From: Candidatus Babeliales bacterium
Lineage (GTDB): Bacteria > Babelota > Babeliae > Babelales > JANWKD01
Length of the DNA stretch: 64,000 nucleotides
Assembly: GCA_963701665.1 (NCBI GenBank)
Contig: OY969622.1
Span: 184,658 to 248,657 of the forward strand
Direction of reading: 5' to 3'
Position 1 is the stretch's first letter. Each line of letters opens with the position of its first letter. Positions 1 through 10,387 of this stretch are shown here, one piece after another. The position numbers were made by a program, and so were the translations under genes. Below the pieces are notes generated by a model, which saw only the letters and a list, made by a program, of their open reading frames with translations, was not told the origin of the DNA and ran no database searches.

Positions 1-1
1 A

Positions 2-868
2 CCAATTACTTTTGCCTTATCTGGCTACGTGCATGGCTCTATGCCACCAGGCAAAAAGGCAGATTTCAAAACGGCAGGCGTCGTTGCAAAAAATATGCTT
101 GATGCGCATATAAAAATTTATGACGAATTCAAAAAAATTGATCCTAGTTTACAGATTAGCTTTGCGCATGCGGTTATTCCTTTTTATCCTTATAATCCCT
201 GGAACCCAATCGAACGGTATGCTGCTAAATTTATAGATTATCTGACGAATGATGTTGCCTTAGAATATTTCAAGACGGGTGTTTTCCGATGGTTTACCAA
301 AGATATCTCTTGGTTAAAGATTTTTACGGGGAATGTTAGAGCTGGAATTTTCACTGAACAGTATAATGCTAACGCGTGCCACAAATTGGATTTTATTGGT
401 CTCAATTATTATTCCAATATTTTACTCAAGATGATTTCTTTTGAAAAATCTGGTGTGAAATGGTTTAAACAAAAAGCGCGGCCTTTTGAAAAACTTGCCG
501 ATGGTTATGACGTTCCTAAAGTACGAGCATTATATGCCGAGGGTTTATACCATTCAATTAAACGAGTGTCATCCCTTGGTGTTCCCATCATAATTACAGA
601 AAATGGTTTTGCTGCTAAAACCGATGCACTTCGTGATGAATATATTAAAAAACATCTCTATGCTGTGCATAAAGCAATTCAAGATGGCTATGATGTTCGT
701 GGGTATCTCTTTTGGACACTCATGGATTGTTTTGGATGGGACAGTAAGCACAGTCATCACGGTATCTATGCAGTAGATTTTACGACGCAGATGCGAACAT
801 TAAAGCCAAACGCTCAATTTCTTGTCGACGTCATGAACAACCATGTTCAACAGATTGCTTTCCAATAA
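2..868 (+). CDS. Glycoside hydrolase family 1 (beta-glucosidase-like), 3' portion; gene begins upstream of the window
   Basis: The frame is open from base 2, so the track start at 29 is an internal GTG. It has the GH1 nucleophile motif ITENG. Blocks VAKNMLDAHIxIYD, KLDFIGLNYY, DEYIKKHLY and RGYLFWTLMDCFGW are shared with the full-length paralogue at 6243-7700. Confidence 0.8.
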   Translation, partial: PITFALSGYVHGSMPPGKKADFKTAGVVAKNMLDAHIKIYDEFKKIDPSLQISFAHAVIPFYPYNPWNPIERYAAKFIDYLTNDVALEYFKTGVFRWFTKDISWLKIFTGNVRAGIFTEQYNANACHKLDFIGLNYYSNILLKMISFEKSGVKWFKQKARPFEKLADGYDVPKVRALYAEGLYHSIKRVSSLGVPIIITENGFAAKTDALRDEYIKKHLYAVHKAIQDGYDVRGYLFWTLMDCFGWDSKHSHHGIYAVDFTTQMRTLKPNAQFLVDVMNNHVQQIAFQ

Positions 869-936
869 TACTTGACCTCAGTTCCTAGAAATAGTGTACG
901 CTCGAGTCTGAACATCTCACTATTGAAAGTTAAACT

Positions 937-1482
937 ATGACTTTAGAGACGAGTGCACATATGCAAGCACAAGCTGCGTTTGCAGGAGGCTGTTTTTGGT
1001 GTATGCAACAGCCGTATGATACGTTGCCTGGCGTGCAGCAAGTTGTTGTCGGGTATATGGGCGGCAGTAATCAAAATCCAACGTATGAAAATTTCGCGCG
1101 TTATGGACATAGAGAAGTTGCGCATATTCTTTTTGATCCAGAAAAAACCTCGTATCGAGACTTACTTGCGGTTTTTTGGAAAAATATTGATCCCACTGAT
1201 GCGAGTGGCCAGTTTGCAGATCGAGGGAATCAATATAAAACAGCCATTTTTTATTACAACGATGAACAAAAACGGCAATCCGAGCGTTCAAAAAAAGATC
1301 TCGAGGCATCGGGAAAATTTTCGCAACCAATCATGACGGAAATTCTTAAAGCCTCAGAATTTTATCCTGCCGAAGAATATCACCAAGCATATTACCAAAA
1401 AAATCCTGAACAGTATGCTTCATATAAATATCGCTCGGGCCGTGAGCCTTTTTTGAAAAAAACATGGAAAGATAATGAATAA
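937..1482 (+). CDS. msrA: Peptide-methionine (S)-S-oxide reductase MsrA
   Basis: Active-site motif GGCFWC near the N-terminus and the conserved YHQxYYxKNP tail. Overlaps msrB by 8 nt, suggesting an operon. Confidence 0.9.
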   Translation: MTLETSAHMQAQAAFAGGCFWCMQQPYDTLPGVQQVVVGYMGGSNQNPTYENFARYGHREVAHILFDPEKTSYRDLLAVFWKNIDPTDASGQFADRGNQYKTAIFYYNDEQKRQSERSKKDLEASGKFSQPIMTEILKASEFYPAEEYHQAYYQKNPEQYASYKYRSGREPFLKKTWKDNE

Positions 1483-1921
1483 TTTCAAAAAACCCTCAAC
1501 TGAAGAATTAAAGAAAAAATTAACACCACTGCAATATAAAGTCACACAAGAGAATGGCACGGAGCAGCCATTTGCCAATGAGTATGTGAACAACAAAAAA
1601 GATGGGATCTATGTTGATATTGTTTCTGGTGAGCCGTTATTTAGCTCGCGAGATAAGTATGATTCAGGCTGCGGCTGGCCAAGTTTCACACAACCACTTG
1701 CGTCAGAAAATGTGCAAGAAAAAAAAGATCTTAGCCTTGGTATGGTGCGTACGGAAATTCGGAGTATTCACGCTGATTCTCATTTAGGGCATCTATTTCC
1801 TGATGGGCCGAAACCAACAGGATTGCGCTATTGTATAAATTCTGCGGCACTTCGTTTTATTCCGGTTGAAGATTTAGAAAAAGAAGGCTATGGGGCATAT
1901 CTCAAATATTTTTCTCAATGA
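1475..1921 (+). CDS. msrB: Peptide-methionine (R)-S-oxide reductase MsrB
   Basis: SelR/MsrB motifs [17 protein letters not shown] and RYCINS. Confidence 0.9.
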   Translation: MNNFKKPSTEELKKKLTPLQYKVTQENGTEQPFANEYVNNKKDGIYVDIVSGEPLFSSRDKYDSGCGWPSFTQPLASENVQEKKDLSLGMVRTEIRSIHADSHLGHLFPDGPKPTGLRYCINSAALRFIPVEDLEKEGYGAYLKYFSQ

Positions 1922-2084
1922 TTGTGTATATCTTAATCCAAGATAGGATATTTCTTCTCTCCAGGTTCATCTTGTGCAAATTAGCATTTTGATTGCAAAA
2001 TTACACGACTCTTCCCTGTTTTTTACATTTTAAGAATTATTGAATTTCCTCAGTACCACAACACTTTTTAAAAATGATTTGAAA

Positions 2085-2109
2085 AAAGCTTTGTAAATTA
2101 CAAAGCTTT
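2085..2109. terminator. Perfect inverted repeat (aaagctttgta / tacaaagcttt) between convergent msrB and the yafQ-like toxin; possible bidirectional terminator
   Basis: An 11-bp perfect palindromic arm pair read directly from the sequence. The flanking A/T runs are only partial. Confidence 0.4.
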
Positions 2110-2157
2110 ACTATTAAGCGAGAGCTAAAACATGATGATAATTCAATAATATGTTGC

Positions 2158-2424
2158 TTAAAATAAATCACTATGTGTCCCCATTCTAAGCAAAACTATT
2201 GCAGTTGTAGTTTTTTCATATATTAACAGCCAATCAGGCTCTATGTGACATTCCCAGCAATCTTTAAATTCACCCAATAATTTATGATTACGATTTTTGG
2301 CAGGCAAAGGTTTTTCTGTGACTAATAAATCAACAATGTCAGAAAGCTTTTTCATATTTTTGCCACGTTTTTTTAATTTTTCCAAATCTTTGTCAAAACG
2401 CCCATGATAGAAAAGCTGTAACAT
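2158..2424 (-). CDS. Type II toxin, YafQ/RelE-family mRNA interferase
   Basis: 88 aa. The C-terminal signature DWLLIY...LLRMGTHSDLF is typical of YafQ/RelE toxins. The gene abuts its upstream partner: the partner's stop is at 2425 and this gene's start at 2424. Confidence 0.75.
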   Translation of the reverse strand: MLQLFYHGRFDKDLEKLKKRGKNMKKLSDIVDLLVTEKPLPAKNRNHKLLGEFKDCWECHIEPDWLLIYEKTTTAIVLLRMGTHSDLF

Positions 2425-2688
2425 TTAGAGTCCTAATTTTTTTTTGAAAGCTTTTAAATCTTGTACTTCAAAAATATTTTTACCTTTTTTAGCACTTTCA
2501 ATTGTTTTCAATGTTGTCTTATTAGGATAATGATCACTATTCAAACATTCTTCCGTTGCTTCTAATGATTCCAAAATAATATCTTTCATGCTCTTTCCAA
2601 GCATTGCTGCTCGCATTTTAAGCCTTTTATGTTGCTCTTTTGGCATTTCAATAATTATTCTAGAAATTTCATTTCTTGGAGAAGCCAT
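2425..2688 (-). CDS. Type II antitoxin (ribbon-helix-helix, DinJ/RelB/ParD-like)
   Basis: Start moved to the ATG at 2688 (MASPRNEISRIIIEMPKEQHKRLKMRAAMLG...), which is preceded by AGGAG. The RHH-like N-terminus and the position directly upstream of the toxin support the call. Confidence 0.6.
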   Translation of the reverse strand: MASPRNEISRIIIEMPKEQHKRLKMRAAMLGKSMKDIILESLEATEECLNSDHYPNKTTLKTIESAKKGKNIFEVQDLKAFKKKLGL

Positions 2689-2784
2689 ATAAAAACTCCT
2701 AAAAAAACCTCTGTTTTTAATAAATATATAAATATATATTAACATAAATATAATAAAATGTATGCTTTTTTACATTTTTAAAAG

Positions 2785-3144
2785 TTATTGGATGGTACAT
2801 CTTTTCTTAGATTTTGGCTTACGCTCATCAATTTTTTTAAAAGTTTCTATAATATTTAAAAATTCCTTAATTTCATAGTCACTTGCTTGGTATCCTGGAC
2901 CGGTCAAGATTACTTTCTTACGTAAAGGTGCAATTATTGCCTGAATGGAAGAACTTTCATCAGATAAAATTATGATGGCATCTTCATTTTTCTTCTGTGA
3001 TCTCAGAATAGATTTTATAAGCTTGTTTTCGTTTCCTTTGCAATATTCGAGTAACGCTACTTTATAGCTTTCTTCACGTCCCATCGATTGTATAGCAATG
3101 AACCATATGCTGAGGCCCAGCATACATAGTTTTTGTATTTTCAT
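2785..3144 (-). CDS. Hypothetical secreted protein
   Basis: 119-aa ORF with an N-terminal hydrophobic signal-like segment ending ...IQSM-GREE. Confidence 0.4.
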   Translation of the reverse strand: MKIQKLCMLGLSIWFIAIQSMGREESYKVALLEYCKGNENKLIKSILRSQKKNEDAIIILSDESSSIQAIIAPLRKKVILTGPGYQASDYEIKEFLNIIETFKKIDERKPKSKKRCTIQ

Positions 3145-3236
3145 AGTCTTAAAGATTTTTATAAAATTTTATTGATTGGTTATTTTTTTTACTTTTGATA
3201 CTTTAAAAAAAGTACATTACAAAGGAGTTTTTATCC

Positions 3237-4952
3237 ATGCGCTTTTTTCTCCTTATGTTAACAGCATGCCTGCTAACTGGCCTAAATGCAATACTGCCGC
3301 CATTTTTACAGCATAAAAATATATGGGCGGAGCAAATGTTAAAATCAATGACGCTTCAAGAAAAAATAGGGCAACTCTTTGTTGTTGCTGCGGTGTCAGA
3401 TTTCGAGCAACCTAATGAAATTCTTGCAAGTTCTTTGATGGCATCGCCGTATATAATGGATGAAGAACATGTCGCTACGCTCATTGAAAAATATCATGTT
3501 GGCGGTGTTATTTTTTTATATAAAAGTACGCCGCAAAAACAATTAGCACTTACTGCAACATTTCAAAAGCTCTCAAAAATTCCTTTGTTGATTGTTCAAG
3601 ATGCAGAATGGGGATTGAGCATGCGCTTGGATAAAGATCCCTCTACCGTTGTACGCTATCCTAGAAATATGACCCTGGGTGCACTCGCTGATGAAAAACT
3701 TATGTATAGCTATGGGTACGAAGTTGGACAACAATGTGCTGCTCTGGGAGTACATTTAAATTGTGCTCCCGTCGTTGATGTTAATTGTAACCGCAACAAT
3801 CCTGTTATTCATGATCGTTCTTTTGGCGATGATCCTCACCATGTTGCACAATATGGAGAGCTTTTTGCACGGGGGTTACATGATGCAAGAGTGCTTGCAT
3901 GCGCAAAACATTGTCCTGGTCATGGAGATACCTTTATTGATTCGCATTTGGCTTTGCCTACCATTGATCATGATCGTGAACGACTTGACGCCGTTGAGCT
4001 TGTATCATTTAAAAAATTAATCCACGAAGGTGTTGCGAGCATTATGATGGGACATCTTTCAGTCCCTGCGCTTGATGAAACATGTCAGCCCGCAAGTGTG
4101 TCTCATACAATCGTTACTGATTTTTTGAAACATGAACTTGGCTTTGAAGGTTTGGTGATTACCGATGGACTTGGCATGAAAGCCCTCACCAACTACTATC
4201 AACCCGGGGATTTGGAATTAGCGGCTTTTTTAGCTGGCAATGATATTTTGTTGTGTCCGCTTGATGTCCCTGGTGCCATCGCGCGTATTGAAGAGGCCAT
4301 TAGAACGCGCGTTGTTTCTGAGCAAGATCTTGATGAACGCGTGCTTAAAATTTTACAAGCCAAAGCGTGGGTATTTGAAAAGCAAAAACAATTTCATGAA
4401 ACGCGCGTGGAAAGTGTTGAAGATTTTTTAGTGCGTCCGGATGCGCGTGCATTACAAGAAACATTATACCGCAATGCGCTTACCTTTGTTAAAAAAGACG
4501 AAACTATGCAATTTGGCCCCGAGTTATTGAATAATGCTTGTCTCATTTCCTTTGGGAGTTCATCGCCAGCAACATTGTTAGAAAAACTTAAAGAACACGG
4601 TGCAACTTTTTTGAACTATCCATTAGCATGTGATGCTGATATCATCAATGAAATTATGGAAAAAACGCAGAGTGTGCCGGATGTTATTATTACACTCGCC
4701 AGCCTAACTAGGAATGTTGATCAAAATTTTGGTATTCCTTCTGAGCTGAGAAATCTTATTGCAGCTTTAAAAAGTGCTGGTAAGCGAGTGCATAGTATTG
4801 TTTTTGGTACGCCCTATAGTGTACCGCTCCTCGATAATGGCGATACATTGCTCGTTGCCTACGAGGAAACTGAGGCAGCACAAGATGCAGTTGGTGATGT
4901 GTTACTCGGTGCTTACCAACCAACGGGCAAACTACCTGTCAATCCATATTAG
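3237..4952 (+). CDS. Glycoside hydrolase family 3 beta-N-acetylhexosaminidase (NagZ-like) with C-terminal extension
   Basis: GH3 motifs KHCPGHGDT, GLVITDGLGM and FGDDP. N-terminal signal-like segment. Confidence 0.8.
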   Translation: MRFFLLMLTACLLTGLNAILPPFLQHKNIWAEQMLKSMTLQEKIGQLFVVAAVSDFEQPNEILASSLMASPYIMDEEHVATLIEKYHVGGVIFLYKSTPQKQLALTATFQKLSKIPLLIVQDAEWGLSMRLDKDPSTVVRYPRNMTLGALADEKLMYSYGYEVGQQCAALGVHLNCAPVVDVNCNRNNPVIHDRSFGDDPHHVAQYGELFARGLHDARVLACAKHCPGHGDTFIDSHLALPTIDHDRERLDAVELVSFKKLIHEGVASIMMGHLSVPALDETCQPASVSHTIVTDFLKHELGFEGLVITDGLGMKALTNYYQPGDLELAAFLAGNDILLCPLDVPGAIARIEEAIRTRVVSEQDLDERVLKILQAKAWVFEKQKQFHETRVESVEDFLVRPDARALQETLYRNALTFVKKDETMQFGPELLNNACLISFGSSSPATLLEKLKEHGATFLNYPLACDADIINEIMEKTQSVPDVIITLASLTRNVDQNFGIPSELRNLIAALKSAGKRVHSIVFGTPYSVPLLDNGDTLLVAYEETEAAQDAVGDVLLGAYQPTGKLPVNPY

Positions 4953-6088
4953 TTCATCATTGTCTGCACTATCTGTTTTATTTTAGTGCCAAAGTGCAGT
5001 TTTTCATAGTTAGCTAAGTTTTTTCGGATGGTATTTGCATATGCCGTTTGTGTGAGAATGCGCTCAACTGACTCTCGTAATTCTTTATAATTTCTTACTA
5101 CTTCACCAAAGCCATGATGTTCTACAAATGAATGATTAAACTTTTCCCAAAGTGGTGGTGTTGAAATGGCATCTATAATCATGGGGACTTGTTTATAGAG
5201 CGTTTCGCACAAGCTGACAGTGCCCGATTTTGTTATACACAGTGAAGCAATACTCATTAAATCTGCAATACGATCGGTTTGACTGATAATGGAACAAGAG
5301 ATATGTGATGGCAGGGGAAAAGGTTCAAGATATTTTCTGAGTGATTCATTGCTGCCTAAACAAGTGAGAATATGAACTGCAATAGGAATTTTTACTAATT
5401 CCTGCACTATGCTTATCATGCTTTGTGAACCAACAGCGCCCATTAATAAAAGAATGACAGGCTTATTTTCCGGCACACCAAAATCTTGCTTTATACATGA
5501 TATTTCCTGCGGAGCAAAAAACGATGGCTTTATCGGAAATCCAGTTAAGTAGATTTTTCTTTTGGAAATATTTGCACCTGAAAATGATTCTAAGATCAAT
5601 GAGTCATTAAAGGTAAGCGCGATTTTTACTTTTTCATCATGAGTATGTTTCATTGCATGGATAAAGGTTCTAACATCAAGGTCAGTAGGAATAACTAAAA
5701 AAGAGATTCCTGTTTTTTGGCAACTGGATTCAATGAGGCCATTAACGAGTGGCACCACGGAAATCACCATATCAGGATTTTTCTGTGCGATGAAATTATT
5801 CACTAATGTTTCAAAAAATGGACAACGAAAAAGGTGATGCGCGGCATAAGTAAGGATATTTATGAGCCATGTCCAACGTTTGCGCAGACATGAATTATAA
5901 AATGCTTCACCAGTATAACGTCCTTTACTCAGTATTTTAAAAGGATCAAGTACCCCAAGCACATCATCAAAAATATACGCAGTTTCTAAATCATAGTCTT
6001 GGCAAAGATATGCACTGATGGCTGCAGTTGCTGACAGATGACCGCCACCACCTTTGCTTGAAAAAATGAGAATCTTTTTGCGTTTCAA
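4949..6088 (-). CDS. GT28-family glycosyltransferase (monogalactosyldiacylglycerol synthase / UgtP-like)
   Basis: N-terminal KKILIFSSKGGGGHLSATAAI glycine loop and a C-terminal GT-B half (ITKSGTVSLCE), typical of the MGDG-synthase family. Confidence 0.7.
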   Translation of the reverse strand: MKRKKILIFSSKGGGGHLSATAAISAYLCQDYDLETAYIFDDVLGVLDPFKILSKGRYTGEAFYNSCLRKRWTWLINILTYAAHHLFRCPFFETLVNNFIAQKNPDMVISVVPLVNGLIESSCQKTGISFLVIPTDLDVRTFIHAMKHTHDEKVKIALTFNDSLILESFSGANISKRKIYLTGFPIKPSFFAPQEISCIKQDFGVPENKPVILLLMGAVGSQSMISIVQELVKIPIAVHILTCLGSNESLRKYLEPFPLPSHISCSIISQTDRIADLMSIASLCITKSGTVSLCETLYKQVPMIIDAISTPPLWEKFNHSFVEHHGFGEVVRNYKELRESVERILTQTAYANTIRKNLANYEKLHFGTKIKQIVQTMMN

Positions 6089-6242
6089 GAGTTAATCTCC
6101 TGTTTTCTATCAGTAGTACTAAGTTCTGCAAAAAATAAAAAGATTTCCGATGAAAAGGTTGAGAAATGGTAATTGACAATGAGTTCTTTGCGTGCCTATA
6201 GTAATATCGTTTTTAAAAAATAATTAAAAAACGGTTATAGTA

Positions 6243-7700
6243 ATGAACGCATCATGTGCTCGCGTAGCACAACGTATTCTTTTCTTTATAGTAATGTTCC
6301 CTTTGTATGCTATTGAAGAGCGCTGGAATTGGAACGCCATTAATTGGAAAAGAACTATCACATTTCCTGCTAATTTTTTGTGGGGCACGGCCGATTCTGC
6401 ATTCCAAGTCGAGGGCATTATTTCAGCTGATGGGAGCATGATTCAAAATTCTTGGACCGTTTGGGAAAAGCAATTGGTACATCGCGACGGGCGCTATGAA
6501 CCGCGCTTTCATCCTGATAAACGAGCGGGTATCGCATGCGATCGCTGGAATTTATATAAGCAAGACGTACAGCTTATGAAAGAAATTGGCATTCAAGCAC
6601 ATCGATTCTCAATCGAGTGGACCAAAATCGAACCGCAACGAGGTGTTTTTGATGAAGCTGCAATGCAACATTATATCGATTACATTCAAGAACTTATTGA
6701 TAATGATATTGAACCCGTTCCAACATTTTTCCATCATTTATGGCCATTGTGGTTTGAATATCCAGAAGAAGTTAAACGGGGAACGAGGGGCATGGCGTTT
6801 GAAGACGCGCGCAATATAGCAGATTTTGTTGCATTTGCCGCGTACGTTTTCGCAACCATTTATAAACGCGTGCGAAATTCGCATAAAATTCGCTACTGGC
6901 TTACCTTTAACGAGCCGCTGGGCGAGGCACTCGCAGCCTATGTCTATCCGCTGTATCCACCGGGAAAAAGATACAGAATTCGGCAATGCGGGATCGTTGC
7001 AAAAAATATGCTCGATGCACATATCGCCATTTATGACGCGTGCAAAAAAATTAATCCTAACGCGCAAATTGGTTTTGCGCACTTGATGCACCCGCTGCAT
7101 CCTTATCATCCTTGGAATCCACTCGATTGGATACCCGCAAAAATATTTAATTATTTAATGAATCTTGCAGCAATTCGCTATTTTAAAACTGGTTATTTTC
7201 ATTGGATGTGGCTCTACCGAGGGTATAATCCCGATGCGCCGAAGAAGCTCGATTTCATTGGGGTGAATTATTATACGCATGGCATTATAAAAATGTTTAA
7301 AGAGGTAGTTCGGCCAGACGAAATATTAGCCGATGGCCCGGACGGTAAACATGGAAAACCTTTTTATCCTGAAGGGTTGTATTATTCACTCAAACAAGTT
7401 GCTCAATTAGGGATTCCTATCTTAGTTACAGAAAACGGGTGCGCCACCGATGATCCTGCTCTGCGGGAAGAGTATATAAAAAAACATTTGTATGTTATCG
7501 ATCGATGTCGACGCGAGGGCATGGATATTCGAGGGTATTTTTTCTGGACGCTTATGGATTGTTTTGGCTTTAATAGTGGCCAACATCGCAAACATGGCAT
7601 TTACGAAGTAAATTTTGAAACACAAGAAAGAACACTACGGCCTAGTTCTCAATATTTGCTTGATGTTATACAACGGCACAACGTGCTTTATAAAAAATAA
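6243..7700 (+). CDS. Glycoside hydrolase family 1 (beta-glucosidase-like)
   Basis: Acid/base motif TFNEP, nucleophile motif TENG, and the N-terminal FLWGTADSAFQVEG block. Confidence 0.85.
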   Translation: MNASCARVAQRILFFIVMFPLYAIEERWNWNAINWKRTITFPANFLWGTADSAFQVEGIISADGSMIQNSWTVWEKQLVHRDGRYEPRFHPDKRAGIACDRWNLYKQDVQLMKEIGIQAHRFSIEWTKIEPQRGVFDEAAMQHYIDYIQELIDNDIEPVPTFFHHLWPLWFEYPEEVKRGTRGMAFEDARNIADFVAFAAYVFATIYKRVRNSHKIRYWLTFNEPLGEALAAYVYPLYPPGKRYRIRQCGIVAKNMLDAHIAIYDACKKINPNAQIGFAHLMHPLHPYHPWNPLDWIPAKIFNYLMNLAAIRYFKTGYFHWMWLYRGYNPDAPKKLDFIGVNYYTHGIIKMFKEVVRPDEILADGPDGKHGKPFYPEGLYYSLKQVAQLGIPILVTENGCATDDPALREEYIKKHLYVIDRCRREGMDIRGYFFWTLMDCFGFNSGQHRKHGIYEVNFETQERTLRPSSQYLLDVIQRHNVLYKK

Positions 7701-7704
7701 AAAA

Positions 7705-7730
7705 AGCCCCAGGAATTTTTTCCTGGGGCT
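7705..7730. terminator. Rho-independent, probably bidirectional terminator
   Basis: Stem agccccagg / cctggggct flanked by an A-run and a T-run, between convergent genes. Confidence 0.6.
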
Positions 7731-7752
7731 TTTAACAATTAAAGTTCAAAAA

Positions 7753-8586
7753 TTATAATGCTTTGAGGTATGCAATTCGTTGATCCATGGTTGGATGAGT
7801 ACCGTACAATTCGCCTAATTTTGTGAAAGGCATCCAGAGCAGTTTACTTATCTTTGCTATGAATCGTTTAACAAAAAAACGAGAATCTGGATCTTCGGTG
7901 TGATCTTTAAAATTGACAAACAAATCGATTATGCCCTGCTTATCTTTCATCGTTTTCGCAGCTTGAACATCCGCCTCTTTTTCGCAGAACTGTGAAAATT
8001 GAGCATTAGCAAGTACAAAGCCACCAATGGCAGCGATATAACTTGCAAATGCAGCTACTTTTCTATTATCCGCAGGATTATCCATGACGTTCGAAGACCA
8101 ATTACAAATTGGTAATGTCAGTGCAACGGTGAGGAGGAAAAAGAGAACTTTTTTGGGAACATGATTACATTTGATATGCATAAGTTCGTGGCGAACGAGA
8201 CCTTGTTTTTCTCCATCTGATAAAGATCCAAGCCATTCTTCGCTTATAAAGAGCCAAGCGTGTGATTTGCCACCAAAAATAGATGGCACAACAAAGGCAT
8301 TCATACGTCCCATAGCGTGTTGTGCCATGTTACTCATGCCGCGCATTTCAATACAATAATCATCCATGCCTAATTCATGTATGATGGCATTAATGTACGT
8401 TTGCGTACTTTCTTTCAGGGCGTGAAATCCATACGATTCCCATCCCAAAAAATCGTAAACTTCTCTCATGGAGTCTTCATAATCCGTCAATGGTTTGCTT
8501 GGAACGGCTTCAGGGCGATTGGGATTTTTAGCAGCATGGGTTAGTGAAAAAAGGCAAAGGCCAATAATAAGAAAAATTTTTTTCAT
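7753..8586 (-). CDS. M48-family zinc metallopeptidase (HtpX/Ste24-like)
   Basis: HExxH motif (HELMHIKCNH), hydrophobic segments after the motif, and a C-terminal GTHPTMDQRIAYL block typical of M48. Confidence 0.7.
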   Translation of the reverse strand: MKKIFLIIGLCLFSLTHAAKNPNRPEAVPSKPLTDYEDSMREVYDFLGWESYGFHALKESTQTYINAIIHELGMDDYCIEMRGMSNMAQHAMGRMNAFVVPSIFGGKSHAWLFISEEWLGSLSDGEKQGLVRHELMHIKCNHVPKKVLFFLLTVALTLPICNWSSNVMDNPADNRKVAAFASYIAAIGGFVLANAQFSQFCEKEADVQAAKTMKDKQGIIDLFVNFKDHTEDPDSRFFVKRFIAKISKLLWMPFTKLGELYGTHPTMDQRIAYLKAL

Positions 8587-8688
8587 GAAAAACTCCTGTT
8601 AGAAATTTGATGGTAATTTCTTCTATGGTACCAGAAATTATAAAAGAGTAAACAGGAGAAAATGGTATTTTTTTATTTGACCAGGAAT

Positions 8689-8889
8689 TTATAGCCTTGA
8701 CGCCCACCAGAGTAAAAGGGCAGTTATTACGGCATTAATAATAATAGCCCAAAAGTTTAGTTGTTGGGTCCACGTTATGGAGAACAATTTTATAGGCAGT
8801 ATATGCAAGTAGCCAATTAAAATGTGACTTATGGTATGAAATGCTTCAGCACCAGCGAAAAAAATAACAAGCTCTTTTGTGGTAAACAT
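8689..8889 (-). CDS. Small hypothetical membrane protein
   Basis: 66-aa ORF with two hydrophobic helices; no recognisable family. Confidence 0.3.
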   Translation of the reverse strand: MFTTKELVIFFAGAEAFHTISHILIGYLHILPIKLFSITWTQQLNFWAIIINAVITALLLWWASRL

Positions 8890-8904
8890 TACGCTACTCC
8901 TTTA

Positions 8905-8941
8905 ATAAAAAAGGCGGGTTCTTTTTTTGAAGTCCGCCTTC
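8905..8941 (-). terminator. Rho-independent terminator downstream of 8958-9164
   Basis: On the minus strand, stem aaggcgg / ccgcctt is followed by a T-run. Confidence 0.5.
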
Positions 8942-8957
8942 TAGTTTTGAAAAAAAG

Positions 8958-9164
8958 TTATTTTTTCTTTTTTCTGAGCATTGGCAAACCAGTACGTTGG
9001 TTTTCCATTACTTCATATCCGGCAGGCAATGCATCAAGTGAACCTTTGCCAGCTTCGCCAGCAAAATAATATATTTTTTGTAAGCGACCGCCGGCCAATT
9101 TAACTTCTTTGGTATGCAAATGATACATCTTGCCACTTTTTTTAGATTTAACGCTATAAGCCAT
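8958..9164 (-). CDS. Small basic hypothetical protein
   Basis: 68-aa ORF with its own terminator; family not recognised. Confidence 0.4.
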   Translation of the reverse strand: MAYSVKSKKSGKMYHLHTKEVKLAGGRLQKIYYFAGEAGKGSLDALPAGYEVMENQRTGLPMLRKKKK

Positions 9165-9381
9165 GTTCGTTTATAACTCCTCTGCTATGAACTGGTATAT
9201 GGTTTTTGATGAGTATATCATAAAAAAGAAATTAATAGATTGCTTCAGAAAAAGCTAGATATTGAATAAAAAAAATTGCTTTATAAGTTTTCTTTCTTAC
9301 AAAAATTGGTTTTAAAACTTGAGTTAATGCTTTATCAGACCGTATACTAGTGACCACATTATTTTTAGCAAGGAGTATGCA

Positions 9382-9591
9382 GTGAATAGTGATATGTTAG
9401 GTCTTTTATGTATTATCATTGGGGTTGCATTATTGGTTGTTGGATCTCCGTTTTTATGGCACATACTCATTGTGCTTTTGGCGCTATGGCTTATCCATTA
9501 TGGTATGGTATTGCGTGGAGGTCCGGGGCTTGTAGTGTGGGTTGCGCGTGCTACTGATGAAATTAAATCTTTATTCAAGTCTAGAAAATGA
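9382..9591 (+). CDS. Small hypothetical membrane protein
   Basis: 69-aa ORF with two hydrophobic helices. AGGAG lies upstream of the GTG start. Confidence 0.35.
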   Translation: MNSDMLGLLCIIIGVALLVVGSPFLWHILIVLLALWLIHYGMVLRGGPGLVVWVARATDEIKSLFKSRK

Positions 9592-9644
9592 GGTATAGTA
9601 AACGGGTAATGATATCTTTTCTATAATTGAAAGTTGCTACACAT

Positions 9645-10382
9645 ATGGCTAATAATAAATTTTCAGTGACGGCTGCAGTAAAATATGGCCTCTATACGGC
9701 AGTTGAAAAAATTCTATTTTTTCTTGGTGTTGATCTTTTACTTTTTGCTTTGTTTGTAGCTAGTGCGCTGCTGTTTTTTTTCATTTTCATAGGTTTTTTG
9801 GCCGAAACATCTTCTTTGACAATACTTACACAGCTTAGTATTTCTCCTTCTGCTCAACAAGAAATTATTAATAGGTTAAGAGATATTTTTAATCAGGTTG
9901 CCTTGGGGCCTGTTCTTTTAATGGCATGTTTGGTGCTCAGTGGTGCGCTTACTTCCTTTATATCTGATTACCTGCTCCTCGGTTTTGTGCGTGTTACCCT
10001 CGATATTCATGACCATAAGGTAGGTAGTTTCAAGCGCTTATTTTGTTCAATAGGTATGGGTTTTAAGGCGTTTGTTACGTCAATCTTATATCATTTTCTT
10101 ATTGGGCTTGGTACTCTTTGCTTAATTGTACCAGGTATTATTATTGGTGTTCGTTGTAGTTTGTATAGACAACTTATCGTTGATGAAGATGCCGGCATTA
10201 TCGAATCGTTAAAAGAAAGCGCACGCATCACAAAAGGCTCATTTTTTAAACTTTTTGGTATTGGCGTTATTTTTTGGTTGCTTAATTGTTTAATGGTTTT
10301 TACGTTTGGGCTTATAGCACTTATTACGTATCCAGCATTTTATCTCACCCAAGCGTACGTGTATCGTAAGCTTCTTGATTAA
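9645..10382 (+). CDS. Hypothetical polytopic membrane protein
   Basis: Long ORF with several hydrophobic helices. The ATG at 9645 is preferred over the TTG at 9627. Confidence 0.5.
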   Translation: MANNKFSVTAAVKYGLYTAVEKILFFLGVDLLLFALFVASALLFFFIFIGFLAETSSLTILTQLSISPSAQQEIINRLRDIFNQVALGPVLLMACLVLSGALTSFISDYLLLGFVRVTLDIHDHKVGSFKRLFCSIGMGFKAFVTSILYHFLIGLGTLCLIVPGIIIGVRCSLYRQLIVDEDAGIIESLKESARITKGSFFKLFGIGVIFWLLNCLMVFTFGLIALITYPAFYLTQAYVYRKLLD

Positions 10383-10387
10383 GTAGT

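Noticed and set aside
5991-6439. Small ORFs 5991-6179 and 6224-6439 in and around the divergent region between the GT28 gene and GH1.
   Set aside because: They overlap the 5' ends of the well-supported flanking genes or the promoter region, and they lack RBSs and recognisable features.
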